Assembly: GCA_964016885.1 (NCBI GenBank)
Contig: OZ024754.1
Span: 23,188,001-23,252,000, forward strand
Direction of reading: 5' to 3'
Length of the DNA stretch: 64,000 nt
Source: Eledone cirrhosa
Taxonomy: Eukaryota
The translations under genes were made by a program, and so were the position numbers. Below, piece after piece: positions 1-15,316 of the stretch; the first letter of the stretch is position 1, and each line of letters begins with the position of its first letter. The notes below the pieces were generated by a model. That model worked only from the letters and a program-made list of their open reading frames with translations. It had not been told where the DNA came from and did no database searches.

Positions 1-3000
1 GACTTAGACTTAAACCCCAACCTTAAGCCTTAGACTTAGACTCAAACCACAACCACAAGCCTTAGACATAGATTTAAATCCCACACCTAACCCCAAGTCT
101 TAGACTTAAACCCTAACCCCAAGCCTTAGACTTAATACCTAACCCCAAACCTTAGACTTAGCCTTAAACCCCAACACTAAGCCTTAGACTTAGACTTAAA
201 CCCTAACCCCAAGCCTTAGACTTACACTTACACCCTAAACACAAGTCTTAGAATTAGACGTAAACCGTAAGACAAGCCTTAAACTTAGACTTAAAACCTA
301 AATCCAAGCTTTAGACTTACATTTACACCCTAACCCCAAGACTTAGACTTAGACTTAAACCCCAAACTTAAGCCTTATACTTAGACTTAAACCCCAACCA
401 CAAGCCTTAGAATTAGACTTAAAGCCCAACTACAAGCCTTACACATAGATTTAAACACCAGACCTAACCCCAAGTCTTAGACTTAAACCCTAACCCCAAG
501 CCTTAGACTTAGACTTAAAACCCAACCCCAAAACATAGACTTAGACATAAACCCTAACCCCATGCCTTAAACTTAGACGTAAAATCCATCACAAGCCTTA
601 GACTTAGACTTAACTCCAACCCCAAGCCTTAAACTTAGACTTAAACCCTAACCCCAAGCCTCAGGAATAGACTTAAACTCCAACAGCAAGCCTTTCAGTT
701 AGACTTACACCGCAACCCCAAGCCTTAGACTTAGACTTAAAGCCAAACTCCTAGCCTTAGACTTAAAACCTAACCCCAAGCCTTAGACTTAAAACCTAAC
801 CCCAACCCTTAGAATTAGCCTTAAATCCCAACACTAAGCCTTAGACTTAGACTTAAACCCTAACCCCAAGCCTTAGACTTACACTTACACCCTAAACAGA
901 AGCCTTAGAATTAGACATAAACTCTAACACCAAATCTTAAACTTAGACTTAAACCCTAACTCCAAGCCTTAGATTTACATTTACACCCTAACCCCAAGAC
1001 TTAGACTTAGACTTAAACCCCAACTACAAGCCTTAGACATAGATTTAAACCCCGAACCTAACCCCAAGTCTTAGACTTAAACCCTAACCCCAAGCATTAG
1101 ACTTAAACCCTAACCCCAAGCCTTGGACTTATACTTAAAGCCCATCCCCAAGCCTTAGAATTACACTTACATCCTAACCACAAGCCTTAGAATTAGACTT
1201 AAATCCCCCAACTATAAGCCTTAGACATAGATTTCAACCCCAAACCTAACCCCAAGTCTTAGACTTAAACCCCAACCTTAAGCCTTAGACTTAGTCTCAA
1301 ACCACAACCACAAGCCTTAGACATAGATTTAAACCCACACCTAACCCCAAGTCTTAGACTTAAACCCTAACCCCAAGCCTTAGACTTACACTTACACCCT
1401 AACCACAGGCCTTAGAATTAGACTTAAACCCTAAACCCAAACCTTAAACTTAGACTTAAACCCTAACCACAAGCTTTAGACTTACATTTACACCCTAACC
1501 CCAAGCCTTAGACTTAATACCTGACCCCAAACCTTAGACTTAGCCTTAAACCCCAACACTAAGCCTTAGACTTAGACTTAAACCCTAACCCCAAGCCTTA
1601 GACTTACACTTAAACCTCAACCCCAAGCCTTAAACTTAGACTTAAAACCTAACTCCAAGCCTTAGACTTACATTTACACCCTAACCCCAAAACTTAGACT
1701 TAGACTTAAACCCCAAACCTTAAGCCTTAGACTTAGACTTAAACCCCAACCACAAACCTTAGAATTAGATTTAAAGCCCAACTACAAGCCTTACACATAG
1801 ATTTAAACACCAGACCTAACCCCAAGTCTTAGACTTAAACCCTAATCGCAAGCCTTGGACTTACACTTACGCCTTAACCCCAAGCCTTAGATTTAAAATT
1901 AAACCCCAACCACAAGCCTTAGACATAGATTTAAATCCTAACCCCTAGTCTCAGAAACAGACCTAAACCCCAACCCCAAGCCTTATACTTAGACCCTAAA
2001 CCCAAGCCTTAGACTTAAACCCTAACCCCAAGCCTTAAACTTAAACCCTAACCCCAAACCTTAGACTTAGTCTTAAACCACATCACTAAGCCTTAGACTT
2101 AGATTTAAACCCCATCCCCATGCCTTAGACTTACTTACACCGTAACCACAAGCCTTAGAATTAGACTTAAACCCATTAGACCTAACCCCAAGTCTTAGAC
2201 TTAAACCCTAATCCCAAGCCTTGGACTTACACTTACGCCTTAACCCCAAGACTTAGACATAGACTTAAAACCCAAACTTAAGCCTTAGATTTAAAATTAA
2301 ACCCCAACCACAAGCCTTAGACATAGATTTAAATCCTAACCCCTAGTCTCAGGAACAGACCTAAACCCCAACCCCAAGCCTTAGACTTAAACCCTAACCC
2401 CAAGCCTTAGACTTAAACCCTAACCCCAAACCTTAGACTTAGTCTTAAACCCCATCACTAAGCCTTAGACTTAGATTTAAACCCCATCCCCAAGCCTTAG
2501 ACTGACTTACACCGTAACCACAAGCCTTAGAATTAGACTTAAACCCCAACTACCAGCCTGAGACATAGATTTAAACCCCAAACCTAACCCCGAGTCTTAG
2601 ACTTAAATCCTAACCCCAAGCCTTAGACTTAGACTTAAACCGCAACCCCAAGCTTTAGACTTACACTTACACCTTAATCACAAGACTTAGAATTAGACTT
2701 ACATACCAACTACAAGCCTTAGACATAGATTTAAACACCAAATTTAACCCCGTCTTAGAGCTAAACCCTAACCCCAAGCCTTAGACTTAAACCCTAACCC
2801 CAAGCCTTAGACTTAAACCCTAACCCCATGCCGTAAACTTAGACTTTAACCCTGAGCCCAAGCCTTAGACTTACACTTACACCCTAACACCAAGAATTAG
2901 ACGTAGACTTAAACCATAAACCCAAACCTTAGACATAGATTTAAACCTCAACATTACACCTTAGACTTAGACTTAAACACAAACTACAAACCTTAGACAT

Positions 3001-6000
3001 AGATTTAAATCCCAAACCTATACGCAAGACTTAGATTTAAACCCTAACCCCAAGTCTTAGACTTACACTTATACCCTCACCCTAAGCCTTAGAATTAGAC
3101 TTAAATCACAACTACAAGCCTTACACATAGATTTAAACCCCAAACCTAACCCCAAGTCTTAGACTTAAACCCTAACCCCAAGCCTTAGACTTAGACTTAA
3201 AAACCAACCCCAAAACTTAGACTTAAACCCTAACCCCATGCCTTAAACTTAGATTTAAACCCCAACTCCAAGCCTTACATTTAGACTTAACTCCAACCCC
3301 AAGCCTTAAACTTAGACTTAAACCCTAATCCCAGGCCTCAGAAATAGACTTAAAACCCAACCCCAAGCCTTAGACTTAGACCCTAACCCCAAACCTTAGA
3401 CTTAGTCTTTAACCCCTTCACTAAGCCTTAGACTTAGATTTAAACCCCATCCCCAAGCCTTAGACTTACTTACACCCTAACCACAAGCCTTAGAATTAGT
3501 CTTAAACCTCACCTACCAGCCTGAGACATAGATTTAAACCCCAAACCTAACCCCAAGTCTTAGACTTACACCCTAACCCCAAGCCTTAGACTTAAACCGC
3601 AACCCCAAGCTTTAGACTTACACTTACACCTTAATAACAAGCCTTAGAATTAGACTTACATACCAACTACAAGCCTTAGACATAGATTTAAACACCAAAT
3701 TTAACCCCAAGTCTTAGAGCTAAACCCTAACCCCAAGCCTTAGACTTAAACCCTAACCCCAAGCCTTAGACTTAGACTTTAACCGCAACCCCAAGACTTA
3801 GACTTAAACCCTAACCCCATGCCGTAAACTTAGACTTTAACCCTGAGCCCAAGCCTTAGACTTACACTTACACCCTAACACCAAGAATTAGACGTAGACT
3901 TAAACCCTAAACCCAAATCTTAGACATAGACTTAAACCTCAACTTTACGCCTTAGACTTAGACTTAAACACAAACTACAAACCTTAGACATAGATTTAAA
4001 CCCCAAACCTAAACGCAAGTCTTAGACTTAAACCCTAACCCTAAGCCTAAGACTTTCACCCTAACTCCAAGCCTTAGGCGTAGCCTTAAACCCAAACCCT
4101 AAGCCTTAGACTTAGACTTAAAACCTAACCACAAGCCTTAGAATTAGACTAAAAACCTAACCCCAAGCTTTAAACTTAGACTTAAAGCCTAACCACAAGA
4201 TTAGACTTACATTTACACCCTAACCCCAAGGTTTAGAATTAGACTTAAACGCCAACATTAAGCCTTGGACTTAGACTTAAACCACAACCACAAGACTTAG
4301 ACATAGATTTAAACCCCAAACCTAACCCAAAGTCTTAGACTTAAACCCTAACCCCAAGCCTCAGACTTAAACCCTAACACCCAAGCCTAAGACTTACACT
4401 TACACCCTAACCACATGCCTTAGAATTAGACATAAACCCTAACCCCAAGCCTTAAACTTAGACTTAAACCCTAACCCCAAGACTTAGACTTAGACTCAAA
4501 CCCCAAACTTAAGCCTTAGACTTAGACTTAAACCCTAACCCCAAGCATTAGACTTACATTTACACCCTACCCATAAGCCGTAGAATTAGACTTAACCCCA
4601 AAATACAAGCCATACATATAGATTCAAGCCCCAAACCTAACCCCAAGTCTTAGACTTAAACCCTAACCCGAAGCCTTAGACTTATACCCTAACCCCAAGC
4701 CTTAGACTTAGACTTAAACCCCAACCACAAGAGTTAGACTTATACTTAAACCCTAACCCCATGCCTAAAACTTAGACTTAAACCATAACCCCAAGTCTTA
4801 GACTTACACTTATACCCTCACCTTAAGCCTTAGAATTAGACTTAAACCCCAACTACAAGCCTTACACATAGATTTAAACCCCAAACCTAACCCCAAGTCT
4901 TACACTTAAACCCTAACCCCAAGCCTTAGACTTAGACTTAAAACCCAACCCCAAAACATAGACTTAAACCCTAACCCCATGCCTTAAACTTAGATTTAAA
5001 CCCCAACTCCAAGCCTTACATTTAGACTTAACTCCAACCCCAAGCCTTAAACTTAGACTTAAACCCTAACACCAAGCCTCTGAAATAGACTTAAACCCTA
5101 ACCCCAAGCCTTAGACATAGACTTACATCCCAACTCCTAGCCTTAGACTTAAACCCTAACCCCAAGCCTTAGACTTAAACCCTAACCGCAAGCCTTAGAC
5201 TTAAACCCTAACCCAAACCTTAGACTTAACCTTAAACCCCATCACTAAGTCTTAGAATTAGACTTATACACCAAATACAAGCCTTATATTTAGATTTAAC
5301 ACCAAACCTAACCCCAAGTCTTAGACATAGACCCTAAGCCCAAGCCTAATACTTAAACCCCAACCCCATGCCTTAAACTTACACTTAAACCCTGAGCCCA
5401 AGCCCTAGACTTACACTTACACTCTAACAGCAAGACTTAGACGTAGACTTAAACCGTAACCCCAAGCCTTAGACATAGACTTAAACCTCAAACTTAACCC
5501 TAAGCCTTAGACTTACACTTACACCCAAACGACAAGCCTTAGAATTACACTTAAAACCTAACCCCAAGACTTAGACTTAGACTTAAACCACAACATTAAG
5601 CCTTGGACTTAGACTTAAACCACAACCACAAGACTTAGACATAGATTTAAACCCCAAACCAAACCGCAAGTCTTAGACTTAAACCCTAACCCCAAGCCTT
5701 AGACGTAAACCCTAACCACAAGCGTTAGACTTATACTTAAACCCCATCCCCAAGCGTTAGACTTAGACTTAAACCCTAACCCCAAGCCTTAGACTTACAC
5801 TTACACCCTAACCACAAGCCTTGGAATTAGACTTAAACCCCAACTACAAGCCTTACACATAGATTTAAACCCCAAACCTAACCCCAAGTCTTAGACTTAA
5901 ACCTTAGCCACAAGCCTTAGACTTAAACCCTAACCCCAAGCCTTAGACGTACACTTACATCCTAACCCCAAGCCTTAGACTTAAACCCCATCCCCAAGCC

Positions 6001-9000
6001 TTATACTTACACTTACACCCTAACCACAAGCATTAGAATTAAACTTAAACACCAGCTACAAGGCATAGACATAGATTTAAACCCCAAACCTAACCCCAAG
6101 TCTTAGACTTAAAACCTAACCACAAGCCTTAGAATTAGACTTAAAACCTAACCCCAAGCTTTAAACTTAGACTTAAACCCTAACCACAAGATTAGACTTA
6201 CATTTACACCGTAACCCCAAGATTTAGACTTAGACTTAAACGCCAACATTAAGCCTTAGACTTAGACTTAAACCACAACCACAAGACTTAGACATAGATT
6301 TAAACCCCAAACCTAACCCAAAGACTTAGACTTAAACCCTAACCCGAAGCCTTAGACTTAGACTTAAACCCCAACCACAAGCCTTAGACTTATACTTAAA
6401 CCCTAACCCCATGCCTAAAACTTAGACTTAAACCCTAACCCCAAGTCTTAGACTTACACTTATACCCTCACCCTAAGCCTTAGAATTAGACTTAAACCCC
6501 AACTACAAGCCTTACACGTAGATTTAAACCCCAAACCTAACCCCAAGTCTTAGACTTAAACCCTAACCCCAAGCCTTAGACTTAGACTTAAAACCCAACC
6601 CCAAAACTTAGACTTAAACCCTAACCCCATGCCTTAAACTTAGATTTAAACCCCAACTCCAAGCCTTACATTTAGACTTAACTCCAACCCCAAGCCTTAA
6701 ACTTAGACTTAAACCCTAATCCCAGGCCTCAGAAATAGACTTAAAACCCAACCCCAAGCCTTTGAGTTAGACTTAAAGCCCAACTCTTAGCCTTAAATTA
6801 AACCTTAACCACAAGTCTTAGACTTAAACCCTAACCCCAAGCCTTAGACTTAGACTCAAACCCAATCCCCAAGCCTAAGACTTACACTTACACCCTAACC
6901 ACATGCCTTAGAATTAGACATAAACCCTAACCCCAAGCCTTAAACTTAGACTTAAACCCTAACCCCATGACTTAGACTTAGACTCAAACCCCAAACTTAA
7001 GCCTTAGACTTAGACTTAAACCCTAACCCCAAGCCTTAGACTTACATTTACACCGTACGCATAAGCCGTAGAATTAGACTTAAATCCAAAATACAAGCTA
7101 TACATATAGATTTAAACCCCAAACCTAACCCCAAGTCTTAGACTTAAACCCTAACCCCAAGTCTTAGACTTACACTTATACCCTCACCTAAGCCTTAGAA
7201 TTAGACTTAAACCCCAACTACAAGCCTTACACATAGATTTAAACACCAAACCTAACCCCAAGTCTTAGACATAGACCCTAAGCCCAAGCCTAATACTTAA
7301 ACCCCAACCACATGCCTTAAACTTACACTTAAACCCTGAGCCCAAGCCCTAGACTTACACTTACACTCTAACCCCAAGCCTTAGACTTACACTTACACCC
7401 AAACGACAAGCCTTAGAATTACACTTAAAACCTAACCCCAAGACTTAGACTTAGACTTAAACCACAACATTAAGCCTTGGACTTAGACTTAAACCACAAC
7501 CACAAGACTTAGACATAGATTTAAACCCCAAACCAAACCGCAAGTCTTAGACTTAAACCCTAACCCCAAGACTTAGACGTAAACCCTAACCACAAGCATT
7601 AGACTTATACTTAAACCCCATCCCCAAGCGTTAGACTTAGACTTAAACCCTAACCCCAAGCCTTAGACTTACACTTACACCCTCACCTTAAGCCTTAGAA
7701 TTAGACTTAAACCCCAACTACAAGCCTTACACATAGATTTAAACCCCAAACCTAACCCCAAGTCTTAGACTTAAACCCTAACCCCAAGCCTTAGACTTAG
7801 ACTTAAAAACCAACCCCAAAACTTAGACTTAAACCCTAACCCCATGCCTTAAACTTAGATTTAAACCCCAACTCCAAGCCTTACATTTAGACTTAACTCC
7901 AACCCCAAGCCTTAAACTTAGACTTAAACCCTAATCCCAGGCCTCAGAAATAGACTTAAAACCCAACCCCAAGCCTTAGACTTAGACCCTAACCCCAAAC
8001 CTTAGACTTAGTCTTAAACCCCTTCACTAAGCCTTAGACTTAGATTTAAACCCCATCCCCAAGCCTTAGACTTACTTACACCCTAACCACAAGCCTTAGA
8101 ATTAGTCTTAAACCCCACCTACCAGCCTGAGACATAGATTTAAACCCCAAACCTAACCCCAAGTCTTAGACTTACACCCTAACCCCAAGCCTTAGACTTA
8201 AACCGCAACCCCAAGCTTTAGACTTACACTTACACCTTAATAACAAGCCTTAGAATTAGACTTACATACCAACTACAAGCCTTAGACATAGATTTAAACA
8301 CCAAATTTAACCCCAAGTCTTAGAGCTAAACCCTAACCCCAAGCCTTAGACTTAAACCCTAACCCCAAGCCTTAGACTTAGACTTTAACCGCAACCCCAA
8401 GACTTAGACTTAAACCCTAACCCCATGCCGTAAACTTAGACTTTAACCCTGAGCCCAAGCCTTAGACTTACACTTACACCCTAACACCAAGAATTAGACG
8501 TAGACTTAAACCCTAAACCCAAATCTTAGACATAGACTTAAACCTCAACTTTACGCCTTAGACTTAGACTTAAACACAAACTACAAACCTTAGACATAGA
8601 TTTAAACCCCAAACCTAAACGCAAGTCTTAGACTTAAACCCTAACCCTAAGCCTAAGACTTTCACCCTAACTCCAAGCCTTAGGCGTAGCCTTAAACCCA
8701 AACCCTAAGCCTTAGACTTAGACTTAAAACCTAACCACAAGCCTTAGAATTAGACTAAAAACCTAACCCCAAGCTTTAAACTTAGACTTAAAGCCTAACC
8801 ACAAGATTAGACTTACATTTACACCCTAACCCCAAGGTTTAGAATTAGACTTAAACGCCAACATTAAGCCTTGGACTTAGACTTAAACCACAACCACAAG
8901 ACTTAGACATAGATTTAAACCCCAAACCTAACCCAAAGTCTTAGACTTAAACCCTAACCCCAAGCCTCAGACTTAAACCCTAACACCCAAGCCTAAGACT

Positions 9001-12000
9001 TACACTTACACCCTAACCACATGCCTTAGAATTAGACATAAACCCTAACCCCAAGCCTTAAACTTAGACTTAAACCCTAACCCCAAGACTTAGACTTAGA
9101 CTCAAACCCCAAACTTAAGCCTTAGACTTAGACTTAAACCCTAACCCCAAGCATTAGACTTACATTTACACCCTACCCATAAGCCGTAGAATTAGACTTA
9201 ACCCCAAAATACAAGCCATACATATAGATTCAAGCCCCAAACCTAACCCCAAGTCTTAGACTTAAACCCTAACCCGAAGCCTTAGACTTATACCCTAACC
9301 CCAAGCCTTAGACTTAGACTTAAACCCCAACCACAAGAGTTAGACTTATACTTAAACCCTAACCCCATGCCTAAAACTTAGACTTAAACCATAACCCCAA
9401 GTCTTAGACTTACACTTATACCCTCACCTTAAGCCTTAGAATTAGACTTAAACCCCAACTACAAGCCTTACACATAGATTTAAACCCCAAACCTAACCCC
9501 AAGTCTTACACTTAAACCCTAACCCCAAGCCTTAGACTTAGACTTAAAACCCAACCCCAAAACATAGACTTAAACCCTAACCCCATGCCTTAAACTTAGA
9601 TTTAAACCCCAACTCCAAGCCTTACATTTAGACTTAACTCCAACCCCAAGCCTTAAACTTAGACTTAAACCCTAACACCAAGCCTCTGAAATAGACTTAA
9701 ACCCTAACCCCAAGCCTTAGACATAGACTTACATCCCAACTCCTAGCCTTAGACTTAAACCCTAACCCCAAGCCTTAGACTTAAACCCTAACCGCAAGCC
9801 TTAGACTTAAACCCTAACCCAAACCTTAGACTTAACCTTAAACCCCATCACTAAGTCTTAGAATTAGACTTATACACCAAATACAAGCCTTATATTTAGA
9901 TTTAACACCAAACCTAACCCCAAGTCTTAGACATAGACCCTAAGCCCAAGCCTAATACTTAAACCCCAACCCCATGCCTTAAACTTACACTTAAACCCTG
10001 AGCCCAAGCCCTAGACTTACACTTACACTCTAACAGCAAGACTTAGACGTAGACTTAAACCGTAACCCCAAGCCTTAGACATAGACTTAAACCTCAAACT
10101 TAACCCTAAGCCTTAGACTTACACTTACACCCAAACGACAAGCCTTAGAATTACACTTAAAACCTAACCCCAAGACTTAGACTTAGACTTAAACCACAAC
10201 ATTAAGCCTTGGACTTAGACTTAAACCACAACCACAAGACTTAGACATAGATTTAAACCCCAAACCAAACCGCAAGTCTTAGACTTAAACCCTAACCCCA
10301 AGCCTTAGACGTAAACCCTAACCACAAGCGTTAGACTTATACTTAAACCCCATCCCCAAGCGTTAGACTTAGACTTAAACCCTAACCCCAAGCCTTAGAC
10401 TTACACTTACACCCTAACCACAAGCCTTGGAATTAGACTTAAACCCCAACTACAAGCCTTACACATAGATTTAAACCCCAAACCTAACCCCAAGTCTTAG
10501 ACTTAAACCTTAGCCACAAGCCTTAGACTTAAACCCTAACCCCAAGCCTTAGACGTACACTTACATCCTAACCCCAAGCCTTAGACTTAAACCCCATCCC
10601 CAAGCCTTATACTTACACTTACACCCTAACCACAAGCATTAGAATTAAACTTAAACACCAGCTACAAGGCATAGACATAGATTTAAACCCCAAACCTAAC
10701 CCCAAGTCTTAGACTTAAAACCTAACCACAAGCCTTAGAATTAGACTTAAAACCTAACCCCAAGCTTTAAACTTAGACTTAAACCCTAACCACAAGATTA
10801 GACTTACATTTACACCGTAACCCCAAGATTTAGACTTAGACTTAAACGCCAACATTAAGCCTTAGACTTAGACTTAAACCACAACCACAAGACTTAGACA
10901 TAGATTTAAACCCCAAACCTAACCCAAAGACTTAGACTTAAACCCTAACCCGAAGCCTTAGACTTAGACTTAAACCCCAACCACAAGCCTTAGACTTATA
11001 CTTAAACCCTAACCCCATGCCTAAAACTTAGACTTAAACCCTAACCCCAAGTCTTAGACTTACACTTATACCCTCACCCTAAGCCTTAGAATTAGACTTA
11101 AACCCCAACTACAAGCCTTACACGTAGATTTAAACCCCAAACCTAACCCCAAGTCTTAGACTTAAACCCTAACCCCAAGCCTTAGACTTAGACTTAAAAC
11201 CCAACCCCAAAACTTAGACTTAAACCCTAACCCCATGCCTTAAACTTAGATTTAAACCCCAACTCCAAGCCTTACATTTAGACTTAACTCCAACCCCAAG
11301 CCTTAAACTTAGACTTAAACCCTAATCCCAGGCCTCAGAAATAGACTTAAAACCCAACCCCAAGCCTTTGAGTTAGACTTAAAGCCCAACTCTTAGCCTT
11401 AAATTAAACCTTAACCACAAGTCTTAGACTTAAACCCTAACCCCAAGCCTTAGACTTAGACTCAAACCCAATCCCCAAGCCTAAGACTTACACTTACACC
11501 CTAACCACATGCCTTAGAATTAGACATAAACCCTAACCCCAAGCCTTAAACTTAGACTTAAACCCTAACCCCATGACTTAGACTTAGACTCAAACCCCAA
11601 ACTTAAGCCTTAGACTTAGACTTAAACCCTAACCCCAAGCCTTAGACTTACATTTACACCGTACGCATAAGCCGTAGAATTAGACTTAAATCCAAAATAC
11701 AAGCTATACATATAGATTTAAACCCCAAACCTAACCCCAAGTCTTAGACTTAAACCCTAACCCCAAGTCTTAGACTTACACTTATACCCTCACCTAAGCC
11801 TTAGAATTAGACTTAAACCCCAACTACAAGCCTTACACATAGATTTAAACCCCAAACCTAACCCCAAGTCTTAGACTTAAACCCTAAACCCAAGCCTTAA
11901 ACTTAGATTTAAACCCCAACTCCAAGCCTTACATTTAGACTTAACTCCAACCCCAAGCCTTAAACTTAGACTTAAACCCTAATCTCAGGCTTCAGAAATA

Positions 12001-15000
12001 GACTTAAAACCCAACCCCAAGCCTTTGAGTTAGAATTAAAGCCCAACACTTAGCCTTAAATTAAACCTTAACCCCAAGTTTTAGACTTAAACCCTAACCC
12101 CAAGCCTTAGACTTAGACTGAAACCCAATCCCCAAGCCTTAGACTTACACTTACACTCTATCCACAAGCTTTAGAAATAGACTTAAACCCAAACTACAAG
12201 CCTTAAACATAGATTTCAACCCCAAACCTAACCCCAAGTCTTAGACTTAAACCCTAACCACTAGACTAAGACTTAAACCCTAACCCCAAGCCTTAGACTT
12301 AGACTTAAACCCTAACCCCAAGCCTTAGACTTACATTTACACCCTACCCATAAGCCGTAGAATTAGACTTAAACCCAAAATACAAGCCATACATATAGAT
12401 TTAAACCCCAAACCTAACCCCAAGTCTTAGACTTAAACCCTAACCCGAAGCCTTAGACTTATACCCTAACCCCAAGCCTTAGACTTAGACTTAAACCCCA
12501 ACCACAAGAGTTAGACTTATACTTAAACCCTAACCCCATGCCTAAAACTCAGACTTAAACCCTAACCCCAAGTCTTAGACTTACACTTATACCCTCACCT
12601 TAAGCCTTAGAATTAGACTTAAACCCCAACTACAAGCCTTACACATAGATTTAAACCCCAAACCTAACCCCAAGTCTTAGACTTAAACCCTAACCCCAAG
12701 CCTTAGACTTAGACTTAAAACAAAACCCCAAAACATAGACTTAAACCTTAAACCCATGCCTTAAACTTAGATTTAAACCCCAACTCCAAGCCTTACATTT
12801 AGACTTAACTCCAACCCCAAGCCTTAAACTTAGACTTAAACCCTAATCCCAGACCTCAGAAATAGACTTAAAACCCAACCCCAAGCCTTTGAGTTCGACT
12901 TAAAGCCCAACTCTTAGCCTTAAATTAAACATTAACCCCAAGTCTTAGACTTAAACCCTAACCCCAAGCCTTAGACTTAGACTGAAACCCAATCCCCAAG
13001 CCTTAGACTTACACTTACACTCTATCCACAAGCCTTAGACTTAGAGTTAACTCCAACCACAAGTCTTAAACTTAGACTTAAACCCTAACCCCATGCCTTA
13101 AACTTAGACTTAAACCCTAACCACAAGCCTTAGACTTACACTTACACCCTAACCACAAGCCTTAGCATTAGACTTAAACCCAAACTACAAGCCTTAAACA
13201 TAGATTTCAACCCCAAACCTAACCCCAAATCTTAGGCTTAAACCCTAACCACTAGACTAAGACTTAAACCCTAACCCCAAGCCTTAGACTTAGACTTAAA
13301 CCCAACCCCAAGACTTAAAACTTAGACTTAAACACCAACCCCAAGCCTTAAACTTAGACTTAAACCCTAACACCAAGCCTCTGAAATAGACTTAAACCCC
13401 AACCCCAAGCCTTAGACATAGACTTACATCCCAACTCCTAGCCTTAGACTTAAACCCTAACCCCAAGCCTTAGACTTAAACCCTAACCGTAAGCCTTAGA
13501 CTTAAACCCTAACCCAAACCTTAGACTTAACCTTAAACCCCATCACTAAGTCTTAGAATTAGACTTATACAAGCCTTATATTTAGATTTAAACACCAAAC
13601 CTAACCCCAAGTCTTAGACATAGACCCTAAGCCCAAGCCTAATACTTAAACCCCAACCACATGCCTTAAACTTACACTTAAACCCTGAGCCCAAGCCCTA
13701 GACTTACACTTACACTCTAACCCCAAGCCTTAGACTTACACTTACACCCAAACGACAAGCCTTAGAATTACACTTAAAACCTAACCCCAAGACTTAGACT
13801 TAGACTTAAACCACAACATTAAGCCTTGGACTTAGACTTAAACCACAACCACAAGACTTAGACATAGATTTAAACCCCAAACCAAACCGCAAGTCTTAGA
13901 CTTAAACCCTAACCCCAAGACTTAGACGTAAACCCTAACCACAAGCATTAGACTTATACTTAAACCCCATCCCCAAGCGTTAGACTTAGACTTAAACCCT
14001 AACCCCAAGCCTTAGACTTACACTTACACCCTAACCACAAGCCTTGGAATTAGACTTAAACCCCAACTACAAGCCTTACACATAGATTTAAACCCCAAAC
14101 CTAACCCCAAGTCTTAGACTTAAACCTTAGCCCCAAGCCTTAGACTTAAACCCTAACCCCAAGCCTTAGACGTACACTTACATCCTAACCCCAAGCCTTA
14201 GATTTAAACCCCATCCCCAAGCCTTATACTTACACTTACACCCTAACCACAAGCATTAGAATTAAACTTAAACACCAGCTACAAGGCATAGACATAGATT
14301 TAAACCCCAAACCTAACCCCAAGTCTTAGACTTAAAACCTAACCACAAGCCTTAGAATTAGACTTAAAACCTAACCCCAAGCTTTAAACTTAGACTTAAA
14401 CCCTAACCACAAGATTAGACTTACATTTACACCGTAACCCCAAGATTTAGACTTAGACTTAAACGCCAACATTAAGCCTTAGACTTAGACTTAAACCACA
14501 ACCACAAGACTTAGACATAGATTTAAACCCCAAACCTAACCCAAAGTCTTAGACTTAAACCCTAACCCGAAGCCTTAGACTTAGACTTAAACCCCAACCA
14601 CAAGACTTAGACTTATACTTAAACCCTAACCCCATGCCTAAAACTTAGACTTAAACCCTAACCCCAAGTCTTAGACTTACACTTATACCCTCACCCTAAG
14701 CCTTAGAATTAGACTTAAACCCCAACTACAAGCCTTACACGTAGATTTAAACCCCAAACCTAACCCCAAGTCTTAGACTTAAACCCTAACCCCAAGCCTT
14801 AGACTTAGACTTAAAACCCAACCCCAAAACTTAGACTTAAACCCTAACCCCATGCCTTAAACTTAGATTTAAACCCCAACTCCAAGCCTTACATTTAGAC
14901 TTAACTCCAACCCCAAGCCTTAAACTTAGACTTAAACCCTAATCCCAGGCCTCAGAAATAGACTTAAAACCCAACCCCAAGCCTTTGAGTTAGACTTAAA

Positions 15001-15316
15001 GCCCAACTCTTAGCCTTAAATTAAACCTTAACCACAAGTCTTAGACTTAAACCCTAACCCCAAGCCTTAGACTTAGACTCAAACCCAATCCCCAAGCCTA
15101 AGACTTACACTTACACCCTAACCACATGCCTTAGAATTAGACATAAACCCTAACCCCAAGCCTTAAACTTAGACTTAAACCCTAACCCCATGACTTAGAC
15201 TTAGACTCAAACCCCAAACTTAAGCCTTAGACTTAGACTTAAACCCTAACCCCAAGCCTTAGACTTACATTTACACCGTACGCATAAGCCGTAGAATTAG
15301 ACTTAAATCCAAAATA
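1..15316 (+). repeat. Telomere-related complex satellite array (left), 26/32/38-bp monomers, C/A-rich on +
   Basis: Continuous monomers of AAACCCTAACCCCAAGCCTTAGACTT(AGACTT). Measured spacings: 32 bp (CCCTAA at 858 and 890) and 26 bp (AAGCCTTAGAC at 5164 and 5190); a 38-bp form is AAGCCTTAGACATAGATTTAAACCCCAAACCTAACCCC. No ORF in the supplied track lies wholly within it. Confidence 0.97.
3110..11850 (+). repeat. Near-identical direct duplication of about 4.1 kb (about 3110-7245 vs about 7716-11850), offset 4606 bp
   Basis: Rare variants recur at a constant 4606-bp offset: CCCCTTCA 3413/8019, GCCTTAGGCG 4071/8677, ACCAGCTACAAGGC 6051/10657, CACCGTACGC 7051/11657. Confidence 0.92.
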
